This document shows positions 25,042 through 36,870 of a stretch of DNA of 40,995 nucleotides, one piece after another. The notes under the pieces are model-generated. The model worked only from the letters and a program-made list of their open reading frames with translations, did not search any database and was not told the DNA's origin. Both the position numbers and the translations under genes were made by a program. The stretch covers positions 1 through 40,995 of the forward strand of contig ADNK01003519.1 of assembly GCA_000320545.1 (NCBI GenBank), read 5' to 3'. The stretch comes from Bigelowiella natans CCMP2755. Taxonomy: Eukaryota > Protista > Cercozoa. How positions within the stretch are numbered: the stretch's first letter is position 1; every line of letters begins with the position of its first letter.

Positions 25042-28000
25042 TCAAGAAAAACATGGGAGCATCCAATGCACAGGGCCTTCACGGCTCACTGAAATGTCGT
25101 TGTTCCCCCTGCGGCGGTGCAACTCTTCTGGCACCGGCAAGAACACTGGGGCAGCTCTGTGGTCCAATTGAGAAATCTCCACCACTTCTCCCAAGCTTTG
25201 CGCGACGGTGGGGCTTCGGTTCACGTCCACCTTCTTCGCACAACCGAAAACACCTTTGTGTTCAAGCTCCTTGAGTGTTCGCACACACACGAAATGTTCC
25301 GATGATGATCCTTGAATGGTGACCTTGTGGAATGACTTGATGGCACCAGCGGTGCTCCGCATGACTGGCAACTCGTCGACACCCCATTTGACGAAAACGA
25401 TGCTGTTGCAGGTTTTGCCACCATTCTTGTTCCTCCTGAGTTCGCTGTGCCTGGTGCGACATCGTCTCCCCTTGAACTCCAGTTCACCTGTTTCCTCGAA
25501 GGTTGCTCCTTGGAACTGTTGATCGGTGAATCTGTTGTTGTGAGTGACGCAGTGTTTGAGGTGATCTCTCACCCTGGCAGCTGGTCGCACCAGTCTCCAT
25601 CTGTGCCCTGGAAGTTCCCGCACGCCTGTCGGATGGTCGTCTCTGTGTGTCGGGATGCTGACATCGACACGTTCTTTGTCCAGTTTGATCCTGTCCCTGA
25701 ATTCTTGCAGAGCGATCCTCACAACTGACCTGCCCATCAAGGGCGTTGCATTTTTCAACACCCTCAGATGTCTTTCCAAAAACATGGTCCAAGTTTGCTG
25801 AATGGGGCCATGATGAGCCATGGAGTGGCTGAGATGTCTGAGCACCATGTGAAACACTGTCGTCTGCATGCAGTCTGGGAAAGTGCGGGCCATCTTCCTC
25901 TCCAGTGAAGCTCCAATCCATTCCATTCTCTGCAACTGCAACCTTTGATGGACACAGCGATGTCACACATGGATGGCACGTGTGTGGCATCAGCGACACA
26001 GCAATGTCACACGTGGCATGCGGCACACATGCATGTGCACGTGTGTGCACATGCGTGTGGTGTTGCACGTCCATGACACCTGGTGTGACTCCATCTGAGT
26101 GCGGATTGCACGCAGTCTGTGATGTCGAGCGCAACCTGTCGTTGGGGAGTGGGTGGCACGACGAACTCAAGGGCAAACTTCCCCAGTGGACCGACGTGAG
26201 CCATCTTGTGGCTGAACTTGCAGCCTTTGCGAATCTTGGGTTTGTGATTTCCACTGCTGTGCTTGAAGAAAGACTTGAGTTCTCCGTCGCAGAAGTCACT
26301 CGGAACCATGGAATGTGCAAGCATCTTTTCGAAGTGCAAAACTTTGTGTGGATCTGCTTTCCAGGCAGGAGTGGGGTTGATTGCTTTGTTCCCCATGTTT
26401 TCCGCGAGACGAAACAGGTCAACCATCACGTTGGCCAGACCGTGTGCCCAGCAACACACGTGCTGGTCACACTGCACGTTGGCGAAAGTTCTGAGCACTG
26501 GGCAAGGCACGGACAGTCCAGAAGGCGGCATCGGATGTTCAGGGCTCCAGAGGCGGTCGACTCCTCTCGGAGGATGTGTGGTTCCAACTTCTTTCTCGTC
26601 GGCCTCTCCTTTTCGGTCGCACATTGGGCACACTCCCGCTCTGTGACATTCAAATTGTGACCATGCACTTGGTGTCATTGCAAGTGCATTGTCACACCAT
26701 GGTGTTGAACTTTGCATCACTTGCACTTTGATGACCAAAAATGTTCATGTCAATGCAAGGTGCAAGTGTTTCAAAAATTGCACACCGTGGTGCAAAATGG
26801 ATGATCTTGACCATGAGGAGCACAAACAGATGGTTTTGCACTTTGGTGCAAGAAACATTGATGACATTGCACCACTCACATGAGAAAAACACAAAGACCA
26901 TCTGCACATCACGCATTTGCGACACCTTTTGCTCGGTGCTTGAATTCGGCCACCAAAGAGAGGATCAGCTCTGCAATCACACGAAGTGAACATCATTCTC
27001 ACCCTGACGTTGCCCATCATTTCGTTCACGTGAACGCCCTCCTGCCACAGAACCTGCTTCGAGGCAGCACACAAAATCATTGCACCAAGTGCTGCGCTGG
27101 CAACGAAGTGAAACGCTGATGCGCACCTTCAATTCTGACGCCATCATGGTCAGTCGAGCTTGTCCGCTCAAACTGTTGGAGTGTCCAGCGAACATCGTGT
27201 GCGTGAAAATGAAATTTCTTTTCCACCTCAAGTGTGGTGGAAGATTGTGCCACACCACTGCGATGGGTGTGAAGCTCTGACCATTGAACGTGGTGATCGC
27301 AGCTCCGTCATTGTGGAGGCCAATTGCTTGGTCCCAATCTCTCGCATCACGCATCACACGCCGGAACACAGCAGAGTCTGACGTTGTGCCCACACCACCA
27401 TCCTTTCCTGCGCAGGGTGGATTGGGGTCAAACCTGCACAGATGGCTGTGATCAGAACTCAAACTTTGCCTCAAACTTTTTCCCAGGTCATTCACGAACA
27501 ACGTGACCCCTTTTTCCTTCAGACTCTTGCAGTTGGGACAAGCTCTGTTGTCCTCAAGCCTTCCAGTGAACACAACGCAACCCTCTTGGCACACAGCCAA
27601 CCTCTTCGGTTCTGTGTTGACTGGTGACTTGCCTTCCTTCGTGACATCCAGCACTCTGATCATCCTTTTCGCTTGGTGAGCGCTGCTTGGAAGACACTCT
27701 GCGTTGTTCAACACGGGACCAACGTGTTCTTTGAACGACAAAACCATTGATCGCAAATCTTTCCTGGGCACTTTCGCTCTCAGCATGTCTCTGCAGAATT
27801 CCGCAATGTTGTCCGGACAATCCCGAGCCTGCACATGCACACAATGACACACACGTGCAGAACACACACGTGAGCACGTGTGTCCCACAATTGGGCGGGT
27901 GCGTGAAACTGGCACACAAGTGGACATGCTGACTGGCATGCACACACACACACACACAAACACACACCACATCACCCTCTTGCCTGTTCTCATTCTGAGC

Positions 28001-28395
28001 ACAGCTTCATCACCAATTGTGTCTTCATCACATTCGTTCTCCATCATCAATTTGCACCATCGTTTGGATCCAAATGGAACATTGGAGGCATCCACCTCAC
28101 AGTCGTCTTCATCACCGCCATCCTCAGAATCACTTTGCTGATGATCGCTGTCATGATCCTCATCATCGCCTGCTTCGCCATCGCCATCGCCATCACGTCC
28201 ATGGTCATCAGAGTGTGAGTCATGATCAGTGTTCTCCTCCGCATCATGCTCATCATGTTCAGTGCTCTCCACCCGTTGGGAAAGATGCGCCGTGGCTTGA
28301 ATTTCCTTCCTGTGCCTCCACTCAGCACTTGCGCTCACCATTCGCCCTTGGCATGTGTCACAAAAGCATTTGACTCTTCTCCTCGGCCCAAACAC
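25042..28395 (-). pseudogene. CACTA/En-Spm (Tnp2/TnpD) transposase, 5 exons, hypermutated
   Basis: Introns 27829-27975, 27054-27126, 26641-26925 and 25943-26079 join in frame. Transposase_21-type motifs: CQEGC..F..CPNC; GLHNDG..SFTPI..HNLPPHLRWKRNFIF; LWQEGV..VRV....DCRA; CPMC. DUF4218-type motif: FP..MQTTVFHMVLRHL....HHGP....WTMFLERHLRVLK. Confidence 0.85.
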
Positions 28396-28710
28396 ATGCG
28401 AATGGTCAGACGATCAAGCCATGAAGAGAGAAACAGGCGAGCGGGGAGGAGGGCACTGCTCACATCCTCAACAACTTTTGACGGTTTTTGGCAATTGTGA
28501 AAATCAATTCGGCAAGGTTTCGGCGCGAAAGTGCCGGTGACATCGGATGATGGCGGGCAGAATCGGGTCAATCTGAAATCACCTTGGCGGACTGCTGTGC
28601 CATGGATCTGCAGCAAGCCTCCAAAAAAGTCCATCACATCATCACGTCATTTCACACTCAGCGGATGAAGCCTTTGATTTGTTTCACCTGATGTGCCAAC
28701 AATGAAACTG

Positions 28711-28910
28711 TTTTTTTTCACACGGTGAAAATTCCGAAAACAAACTCCATTTCACCCAAAGTGTGACAAGTGACACTGATTTTTTTCCACAAAAGAGTGT
28801 GATGCAACGGGCACCCCTGATGACTTTTTTCACACGAGCAAAAATTCCGTAAACAAACTCCATTTCACCCAAAGTGTGACAAACGACACTGATTTTTTCC
28901 CAGAAGTGTG
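28711..28910. repeat. Two-copy direct repeat (~113-bp period) between the divergent transposase and ORF2
   Basis: CAAACTCCATTTCACCCAAAGTGTGACAA at 28741 and 28854, with similar flanks. Confidence 0.85.
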
Positions 28911-28976
28911 AAAAGCTTGAGCGGCATCGACCACGAGGGTGAAAATCACACGCAGCACAGGCCCTCGCACCAGCAC

Positions 28977-29858
28977 ATGCCCTCGCACAGCACGGGCAAG
29001 ACCAAGACCAGGAGCAGCCCTTCGAGAAAAAGGAAAAAGGAGGGAGGAGGCAAAAAGGGAGCAGGTGCCAAGGGAAAGGATTCAGATGCAAACGACAACA
29101 ACAAGGACAAAAAGCAAAGACCAGACAAGGAGTCATCGAAGCAGTTGTCGCTCCCATCTGTCGAAGAGCTCGAAGAAAAAACCCGAAAAGAATTGGAAGA
29201 TGGAGGGACAATGGACACAGAGAAAGTGATGGATTTCGTGGTGACAGAGCAGCTGAAGATGGCTGAACTGTGCGACTGTTTTGATGACGACACCGCCAGC
29301 AAGTTGTCGAAGCAGATGGGCATCAGTTGGGGGGATGGGGTTGGACCATTTCGTCTTTCGAAGCAGCAGTGCGACAGTGAGCGAAAAAAAAAAAGAGCAC
29401 GGATGGGAAAGATTGAACCGGCAGCATTCAGAACGGGTCACTCGCATTGGTTCTCAAAAGGATTCAAAAAACAAAACACTCCTGAAAGAAGATGGTTGAA
29501 GAGCAAGATGAGCAGTGAACTACTTCAACAAAAAGTGAGCGAAAACACAACCTGCTGTGCCCTGATGACTGACACGGAGTCCAAGATCAAAGAAGAGATG
29601 ATCAGAGCCCAACTCGACATCGTGAATGGCAAAAAAATGAGACTGAAGGGACTTCCAGAGGACATTGCGAAGGTGTCAGATGTCATGCACGAGACAGCGT
29701 TCACGAAATTTCTCCCATCGGAAATTGCAGCAACCATGACAGACAGGTGCAAGAACCACAAAAGGAAGCAGAAGAAGGCTGCAGACGCGGCAGCGGCGGC
29801 CAATGCTAGCAATGCCAGTCGCAACGAGGAGAACGAAGAGGATCCAGATGAGGATTGA
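28977..29858 (+). pseudogene. Unknown Lys/charged-rich transposon accessory ORF (ORF2), divergent from the CACTA transposase
   Basis: Protein-like open frame (NLS-like RKRKK, acidic C-terminus), no Tyr, no recognisable domain. Confidence 0.5.
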
Positions 29859-30323
29859 TTTGCATGGCTTTTCACACTCCAGTGCAAAGTTTGATGCGTC
29901 TTTGCACTTTGATTTCATTTTTGCGAATGGTTCTTCACACTGTGGTGTCAAATTGATGCATCACATGTGAAATTTGACACTTGCTCTGTGAACATGAACG
30001 TCTTGCACTTGAGTGTTGCAAGTCCCAAACACTTGACACTTGTGAATGTGCACACGAATGTGATTTGCACTTTGGTGTGAAAGTGTCATGTTCACGAAGC
30101 AGTGGTGTCAAGTGTGCGTGCAACTCTCACACCCGCGTGCAAAAACTCAGAGTTTGACACCAAAACGCGCCGCTGTGGTGTCTGAAAACAACTGTGAAAA
30201 AATGCCAAATTTTTCCGTTCAAGTGCGTCTGTCCTGGCAAATTTCAGCCCGCCTGAGTGAGCTGTCAGCTTCTGAACCTCATCAGATGAGTCATCAGAAT
30301 GTGACATGTGTTGCATCACGTGT

Positions 30324-32966
30324 CTACAATGAATCTGCATTTGATTCAATTGGTCCAGGATTCTCTGAAAAATGGTTGGAATGAGCAGCACTTCTTCTGT
30401 GTTGCTCCGCCATGTGATTGACCCAAGTGTGAGCATGAGGAGTCACAATCGTGCCAGGAAGACCCTTCATCTCCATGTCATCCACACCTGGTTCTCCATT
30501 TCTGACAACAGCACACACAAATGAAAACTTTCAACACGATGATTGTCATGAATTGCACACACACGCACACGCCTCACATCACACATGCATGCACATGCAT
30601 GTTGTTCGTTGTTCTCACCCTTCTTCCATGAGCGCCTCCGTGAAATCCGAATGCTCCTTCCACGTTTCTTCACAAGTCAGTTCTGGCCCGTCTCCTGGCC
30701 AAACCATCAGTCTGCGATGCATTTCAACCCAGCTTCTTGCCGATTTTTGCAACAGCTCGCCTCTCCCAGGATTGACTTTGTGCAGGCGTTCGAAGTCCCA
30801 TTCCTCTGAAATCTGCAGCATCTTCGCCATTTTCGGAGTGGCCCAAGTGAATCCTCCTGCTGCTGATCTGTCTTTCACCTCACACGCCCTGAATTTGAAC
30901 TTGGTCATGTCAAATGGAGCTGCTTGCAAGTCGTTTTCTGTCTGTTTCATGCCCTCCTGAGGGGTGCCCAACTCTGTGTTCACGATGTCAGTGAACACAT
31001 GAGCCATGATCTTGTCACGAAGAAACCGAAAAACGAGGTGCATGTTTTCACTCCAGCGACGCTCCATTGGTGTGAATGGAAGAAGATCTTTGTGCTGCCT
31101 TCCGTGCTCTTTCAGAGGTCCCGAGAAGCGCTGCTTTTCTGCAGCCCACTTCACAGTCACATCCGCTCCATCCTCAGCATGACAGTGACAGTGCAAGCAG
31201 TTGCAGTTTTTCAAATGAAAACCAACCACACCGTGAATGACTTTCATCCATTTTGCGTCTCCAGTGTGGTGCAGCCTCACTTTCCTCTGGCACCCTTTCC
31301 ACACGAAGCCACACTCTTGCAAATTCTTGAGTTTGGTGAACAACGGAGTTGGATGTTTTTGAAGCATCGGTCCATTTTCATCCCCAACAAGCAGCGCCAA
31401 CGTGCACTGTCTGTCCTCCCTGTGTGTTGGGCGGCCCTCGGCATTTGAAATTCTGGCTTGAAATGTGACAGACTTGAAAGAATTCCCTGTTCCACGCCCA
31501 TCACCTTCGAGCAGTGTGTCACACGTCGTGTGATTTTCGAGCCCTCGATGCTCAAAAATGTGCTTGAAATGTTTCTCTGGATGCACTGCGAAATGATTGG
31601 CATCAAAAGATGGACAAAACATGGACTCCATCGCTGAATCCATTTCATCTTGCATTTTCTTGACCGAGTGCGTGGATGGAACAGCAGGCGAGAGCATTCG
31701 GACCTCGTGAAGCTTCTTCTTCGACAGTCCACTGTCAACTGAGTGCAAAAACTTGCCAACTGCATTGGCTGCATTGGTGCCTTTTCGAAAAGCCACCTTC
31801 ACGAAACACTCTTCTTCAGCAGCGAATTCTGATGCTCCACATCCAGAGAGCTGTGTGCACCATTTTTCGGCCACCCGAGACATCAAGCGAGAGATTTCAA
31901 ATTCTGCTGCTTTCCGGCGCGCAATCAAAGCGGTGCGTTTGATTTTGGAATCATCCTTTGGCTTGCGTTTTGGACCCATGGTTGAACACGAATTCCTCAA
32001 TTCTTTCTTCAATGAAGAGTTCTCGGCTCGATGTTTCTTCAAAGCTCTCCCTCTGTTTTTCGCACGATTTGACACCACGCTGTGCTTGCGTTTGACGTTG
32101 GACAATTCTTCTGAACTCTTTTCCGCAGAAGACATCGATGGCTGGAGTTGGATGGAGAGCTGAGTGGCTTTGTTGTTGAGGGATGACAGGAGCTTTTTCG
32201 ACTTGGACTTCTGAGCCTTGAGCTTGGAGCTCGCAGCACCCATCGTTTTTTGTTGGCGATCGATGTTTCTGACAATGCCGAGTTTTGGCACCTCAATTTC
32301 ATTTCTGAGAGCTTCAACTTTTTCTGTGAGCTTCCTCGCTTCAGTTCTGGATGCAGTGGCTGAAGCAATGGCATCGGTGCGCTGCATCACAGCCTTTGCT
32401 TGCTCTTCTTGGGCGCGCACGAGCTCTTTTTTCGATTTTTCCAGACGTCTTTCAAGCCTGCCTCCTCTCTTGTGGCTTGGCTTCAATTCAACATCAAGTT
32501 CGTCAGATTTTTTTTTTTCCTCATGAACCTGCGACAGTGCCTCGGTGGCTTTCTCTTTCCACCTCGAAACCCGAGCGCTCGAAGCACGAAGTTCGGCTGA
32601 CACCTTCTTTGATTTTTTTCCAGAAGAACAATTCCCATCACAGTCACACCTGGCACCAAGCAAAGGGTCTTCTCGTGGGTTTTCGCCATGATGTCCCTTG
32701 CACTCGAAGGACATGATCCTTCGCAATGTCGAAATCCCGCCCGAAGCTGGGGGAACGTCTGCTGAGAATGTGCAAGTGATTGTCATGAAATCAATGAACT
32801 GACACCGAAAACTCTGCAAACAATCAAAACACAATTCTCTTTTTCTCTCACAAGAGAGATCAAATCGAACACTGCATTTTTGTCGAACCTTGTGTTCTTC
32901 TGCTCGAAGCAGGGAAAGCAATTTCACCAGATTCATCGCCTCTTTCAATGCCATGAGAGCCTTCAC
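30324..32966 (-). pseudogene. Transib/Chapaev/RAG1-core-like DDE transposase with N-terminal coiled coil, hypermutated (probable start near 32714)
   Basis: Motif order LEGDG (D1), HTGDAKW (D2), NCLHC (C2C), ENMH..R..D, and after the in-frame intron 30502-30618 VTPHAHTWVNH (TPYxH(4)H with Y->H), then FSE. Confidence 0.7.
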
Positions 32967-33078
32967 CCCATTGCAGGCGCCTCCGAACTTTCAAATTGAA
33001 AAAAAATGTCAATGAACATCAATTCGGATGTTTTTTTTGATGTGATTTCACCTGAGCGAATTTTCAAACAAAAGACAT

Positions 33079-33924
33079 TTGGCACAGCGGTGGGCAGGTG
33101 TTCACCCAACGCATCAATCGAGCAGCAGAATGGGGGGAGATGGGTCTCACGCTCGGATTGTGCGGAGCCGAGGAATCCCAAGGGCGCTTCGCCTGGCAGC
33201 AGAGCAAAGGGAAGAATTGGAATTGAAAAGTGCCCCACTGTCAATTCGAAGATGCGAAAAAAAACTCCAAATGAGGGAGAATCGTCGTCATCTCAAACGC
33301 AGAATTTCACGCAATGCATGCAAGACGCTTTTTGAGGAGAAACAAAGCCACAAATGCGATGGACACGGACCAGGGGCCATGATCAACAATGCAGCATTTG
33401 GATCACAGCAGGCATTGAAAAGATGCACCCTTGGGAAAAGAGCTACAGCTTCTTTCAGTCTTCCCATGTCGAAGGAACACTTTCTCAAACTTTGGAAAGG
33501 ACACGCGAAAACAGAGAGCAATGACACAGAAGACGTCCTGTCAGCAACCATGGATGGTGAGAGGCAACGAGACACATCGAATGAGCTGGCAGAAGCACTC
33601 GGCATTGAGCCCAACGAGGGAAATTGGGTGATTCGCAGGATGTGTGGATTGGATCCTTTGAAGAGAAGAGATTGTGCTCACATTCACGTTCAAAAGTCTC
33701 ACGCTGATGAAAAAAACACAAAGGTGATGTGGAAGAGTCAAACACTTCGACAGATTGACATTCGAGGGACGGAAAGGGTTGCATCGAAGAGCAGAATGAC
33801 ACTTCGTTTTCCCAGAAACGTTGCTCCTTGCTCGTCCAAATTGAATGCTGAACAAAGGCAAAAGCATCAGGAGCTCAACGCCAAGAAAGCTGAGAAAGCT
33901 TCCAAAAGGTGGGTTGATTGTTGA
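33079..33924 (+). pseudogene. Unknown ORF relic inside the island
   Basis: Protein-like composition from ~33330 onward; no recognised domain; ORF length is inflated by loss of TAA/TAG. Confidence 0.3.
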
Positions 33925-34324
33925 AACTGATCAAAGCAACATTCACCACTCAATCTGTGATGCACTTGATTGGAAATCGGAAGAGGAAGGGAAAATCTTC
34001 TTCGAACCAGCAGCTTGCACACATCAATGAGCATCGAGTTGGATCGTCCCAGCCTGTGGTGGTGGCACCAAGTGTCAGTTGGAAGCGAAGTTTCATTGAC
34101 AAAACCATTGGAGGCAAGGTTCCTGCTTGCACTTTGTGTTGCTGTGTCTGTCACAAATGAGCTCGAGTTTCAGCTCGAAGCGAACGTGTGGCCTGACAGC
34201 ATTGCTGATGCAGCACGCTCATGCTGGTTTCTGGGCTTCCACAGCTAGCTTTGTGACCCAAACATGGCAAACATGGAGAAATGTGATTGATGATGTGTTT
34301 CAAAATGGCTGCAATGCGATCACA

Positions 34325-34927
34325 TCAGCGCTGCGATCGATTTTCATGCTGCTGCGTTGCTGGTGCAGGCCTAGCGGTGGCACAAATTGACATCCGTCGA
34401 CACATGAAGGTGCACATCTTCTTCGCACTTGCAGTCGTGTGATCGGAGACAAGTTTCAACAATTTCTCTGTGTTTTCTTCAAATTTCGTTTTTGTCACGG
34501 GCAATCTTCCTCGCAACTTTTGAAACCTTTCCAATGAAAGAATGCATCTGTGGCCAACTGGAACATTGATCACAGGTTCGATGGGTGAATTGGTCACGCG
34601 CTCGAAATGTTGCTTTGTGATGTCACTTGGATGTGCACTCATGTCTTTGCACAACTTGGCCACGTCTTCCAACACTTCATCAATCAATGCAGAGGTCTCG
34701 ATGTTTTCCTTGTTCCGTTTTCTTTTGAGGAATTCCATTCGGAAGATGCTGCAACCATTGTGTTCCAATGTTTTTGAATTTCTCAAGTTGTGCAACGCCT
34801 TTCTGAGCACAATTTCCTGGACAACATCTTTTTGTTTCTCATCGAGATGACAATTGTGGACAGATGTCGTGTTGGGATTCATGCAAACACTGAAGCTTGG
34901 GGCACTGCAGTGTGCTCGTGGTGCCAC
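34325..34927 (-). pseudogene. Unknown ORF relic inside the island
   Basis: Helical protein-like stretch (VQEIVLRKALHNL..LEHNGCSIFR..); no domain can be assigned with confidence. Confidence 0.3.
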
Positions 34928-35014
34928 GTGAAGGTGTGATCATTGGTGCGCAGATGAGCTGATCCGTTGTGGCGGAAAGCGGACACATCATTGCTCATCT
35001 TTCAATGCAAATTG

Positions 35015-35400
35015 GTTGTTTTTTTTTTCTGTTCACATCGACTTCCAACTTTCCATTGACATGGAATGATTGCCGTCAGGCAGAAAACAATTGTTTTTTT
35101 TCTGTTCATGTCGACTTCTGACTTTCTGTTGACATGAAATGATTGCCGTTGGGCAGAAAAGAATTGTTTTTTTTCTGTTCACATCGACTTCCAACTTTCC
35201 ATTGATGTGAAATGATTGCCGTTGGGCAGAAAAGGATTGGTTTTTTTCTGTTCACATCGACTTCCAACTTTCCATTGACGTGGAATGATTGCCGTCAGGC
35301 AGAAAAGGATTGGTTTTTTTCTGTTCACATCGACTTCCAACTTTCCATTGACACGGAATGATTGCCGTTGGGCAGAAAAGGATTGATTTTTTCCTGTTCA
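35015..35400. repeat. 73-bp tandem repeat, 5 full copies plus a partial copy
   Basis: CTGTTCA anchor at 35029, 35102, 35175, 35248, 35321 and 35394. Confidence 0.95.
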
Positions 35401-36141
35401 TCCCGATCATGTCATCGCTGTTCACATCAACTGGTGTCTTTCTGATGACATCAAAGGATGTCTTGCCCTTTCATGTCGAATCTTGTGTTTGCATCCAGGC
35501 AAATCTTGAGTTGCGACAACCATCTTTTCGAGTTGCAAGCAAACCAAAACACACCACACAGAGCGGTCACGTCTCATGCCGATCGCCGAATTGACGCCAT
35601 GCAACAGAACAGCCCTGCTGCTAGACGAAGCATTCGTGTTGTCAAAGGTGATGCGAAGACTTCTGCTCCTGCCCCTGCAGATTCCAAAGTGGTCACGCAA
35701 AAGCTTCCTCTGAAAGGTGTGTTGCACTTGAAAAGGAAGTTCAAATCTTCAAGGTTTGGCCCACTGTTTGAACAAGTCATCTGCGTGTCCTGTCAAGAAC
35801 AAGACCAACTCAGTGGTTGCAGTCAAGAGAAACAAAAGTGAGCCTGCGAAGAAGAAGGCTGCAGAGAAATCAGTTCGAAGGAGAGAGCGTGCAAAGCGCA
35901 CTTTCGATCGTGGACCACGTGTCACTCATTGACAAAGGCGTGGCCTCTTTTGAGCAATGCAACTTGACACGAAGTTGCCTGATGTGCACTCACACCGCAG
36001 AGAACCAAGTGCTTTCACAGCAGCCAGCAGCTCGCGGTCAGCACGAGCACGGCAGCAGCAGCGCAATGCAAAGCGCAATCATCGATGGGCTCAGAGCTGC
36101 GCAGATCGTGCCTGCTGGCCACGGCGCTGCCACTGCTGCAA

Positions 36142-36870
36142 GCGATCTGCGGCGCCCAGTGGTTTGTTTCAGGTGGCAATCGATGCAAGTGAACTTCCCT
36201 CACGCGAGCGATGACGACAAGTGCAATTCTCAACTCGCACGTCGTGCAAAATCGACGATTTGTCTTCCTCCAAAGTGGCCTCTTCCTCTCGCTCTCCTGG
36301 TGGCTGTGGGCCATGTGCGACTGATCCACGGCGCCTGACAACTTGTTTCAGGCAGCAATCGATGTGAACAAACTTCCCTTGCACGAGCGACATCGACAAA
36401 CGCAATTCTCAACTCGTGCGTCGTGCAAAACCAACGATTTGAGCTTCCTCCAAAGTGGCCTCTTCCTCTCGCTCTCCTGGTGGCTGTGGGCCATGTGTGA
36501 CTGATCTGCGGCGCCCAACGATTTGTTTTGGGTGGCAATCGATGCAAACAAACTTCCCTTGTGCGAGCGATGACGACAAACGCAACTCTCAACTCGTGCG
36601 TCGTGCAAAACCAACGATTTGAGCTTCCTCCAAAGTGGCCTCTTCCTCTCGCTCTCCTGATGGCTGTGGGCCATGTGTGACTGATCTGCGGCGCCCAACG
36701 ATTTGTTTTGGGTGGTGATCAATGCAAACGAACTTCCCTCACGCGAGCGACAACGACAAGTGTGATTTTCAACTCGTGCGTCGTGCAAAATCGACGATTT
36801 GAGCTTCCTCCAAAACGGCCGCTTCCTCTCGCTCTCCTGGTGGCTGTGGGCCATGCACGACTGATCCACA
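36142..36870. repeat. 180-bp tandem repeat, ~4 copies
   Basis: TGGCTGTGGGCCATG at 36301, 36481, 36661 and 36841. Confidence 0.95.

Noticed and set aside
35015-36870. CpG-methylation decay (CG->TG/CA) as the cause of the CA/TG swaps
   Set aside because: CG is abundant and often invariant across repeat copies, while TA is the missing dinucleotide. CpG decay also cannot remove Tyr codons or TAA/TAG.
20825-36870. CRISPR-like arrays (CAPYSADK DNA repeats, 73-bp and 180-bp arrays)
   Set aside because: The first is protein-coding, the others are head-to-tail repeats without unique spacers, and the context is eukaryotic with no cas genes.
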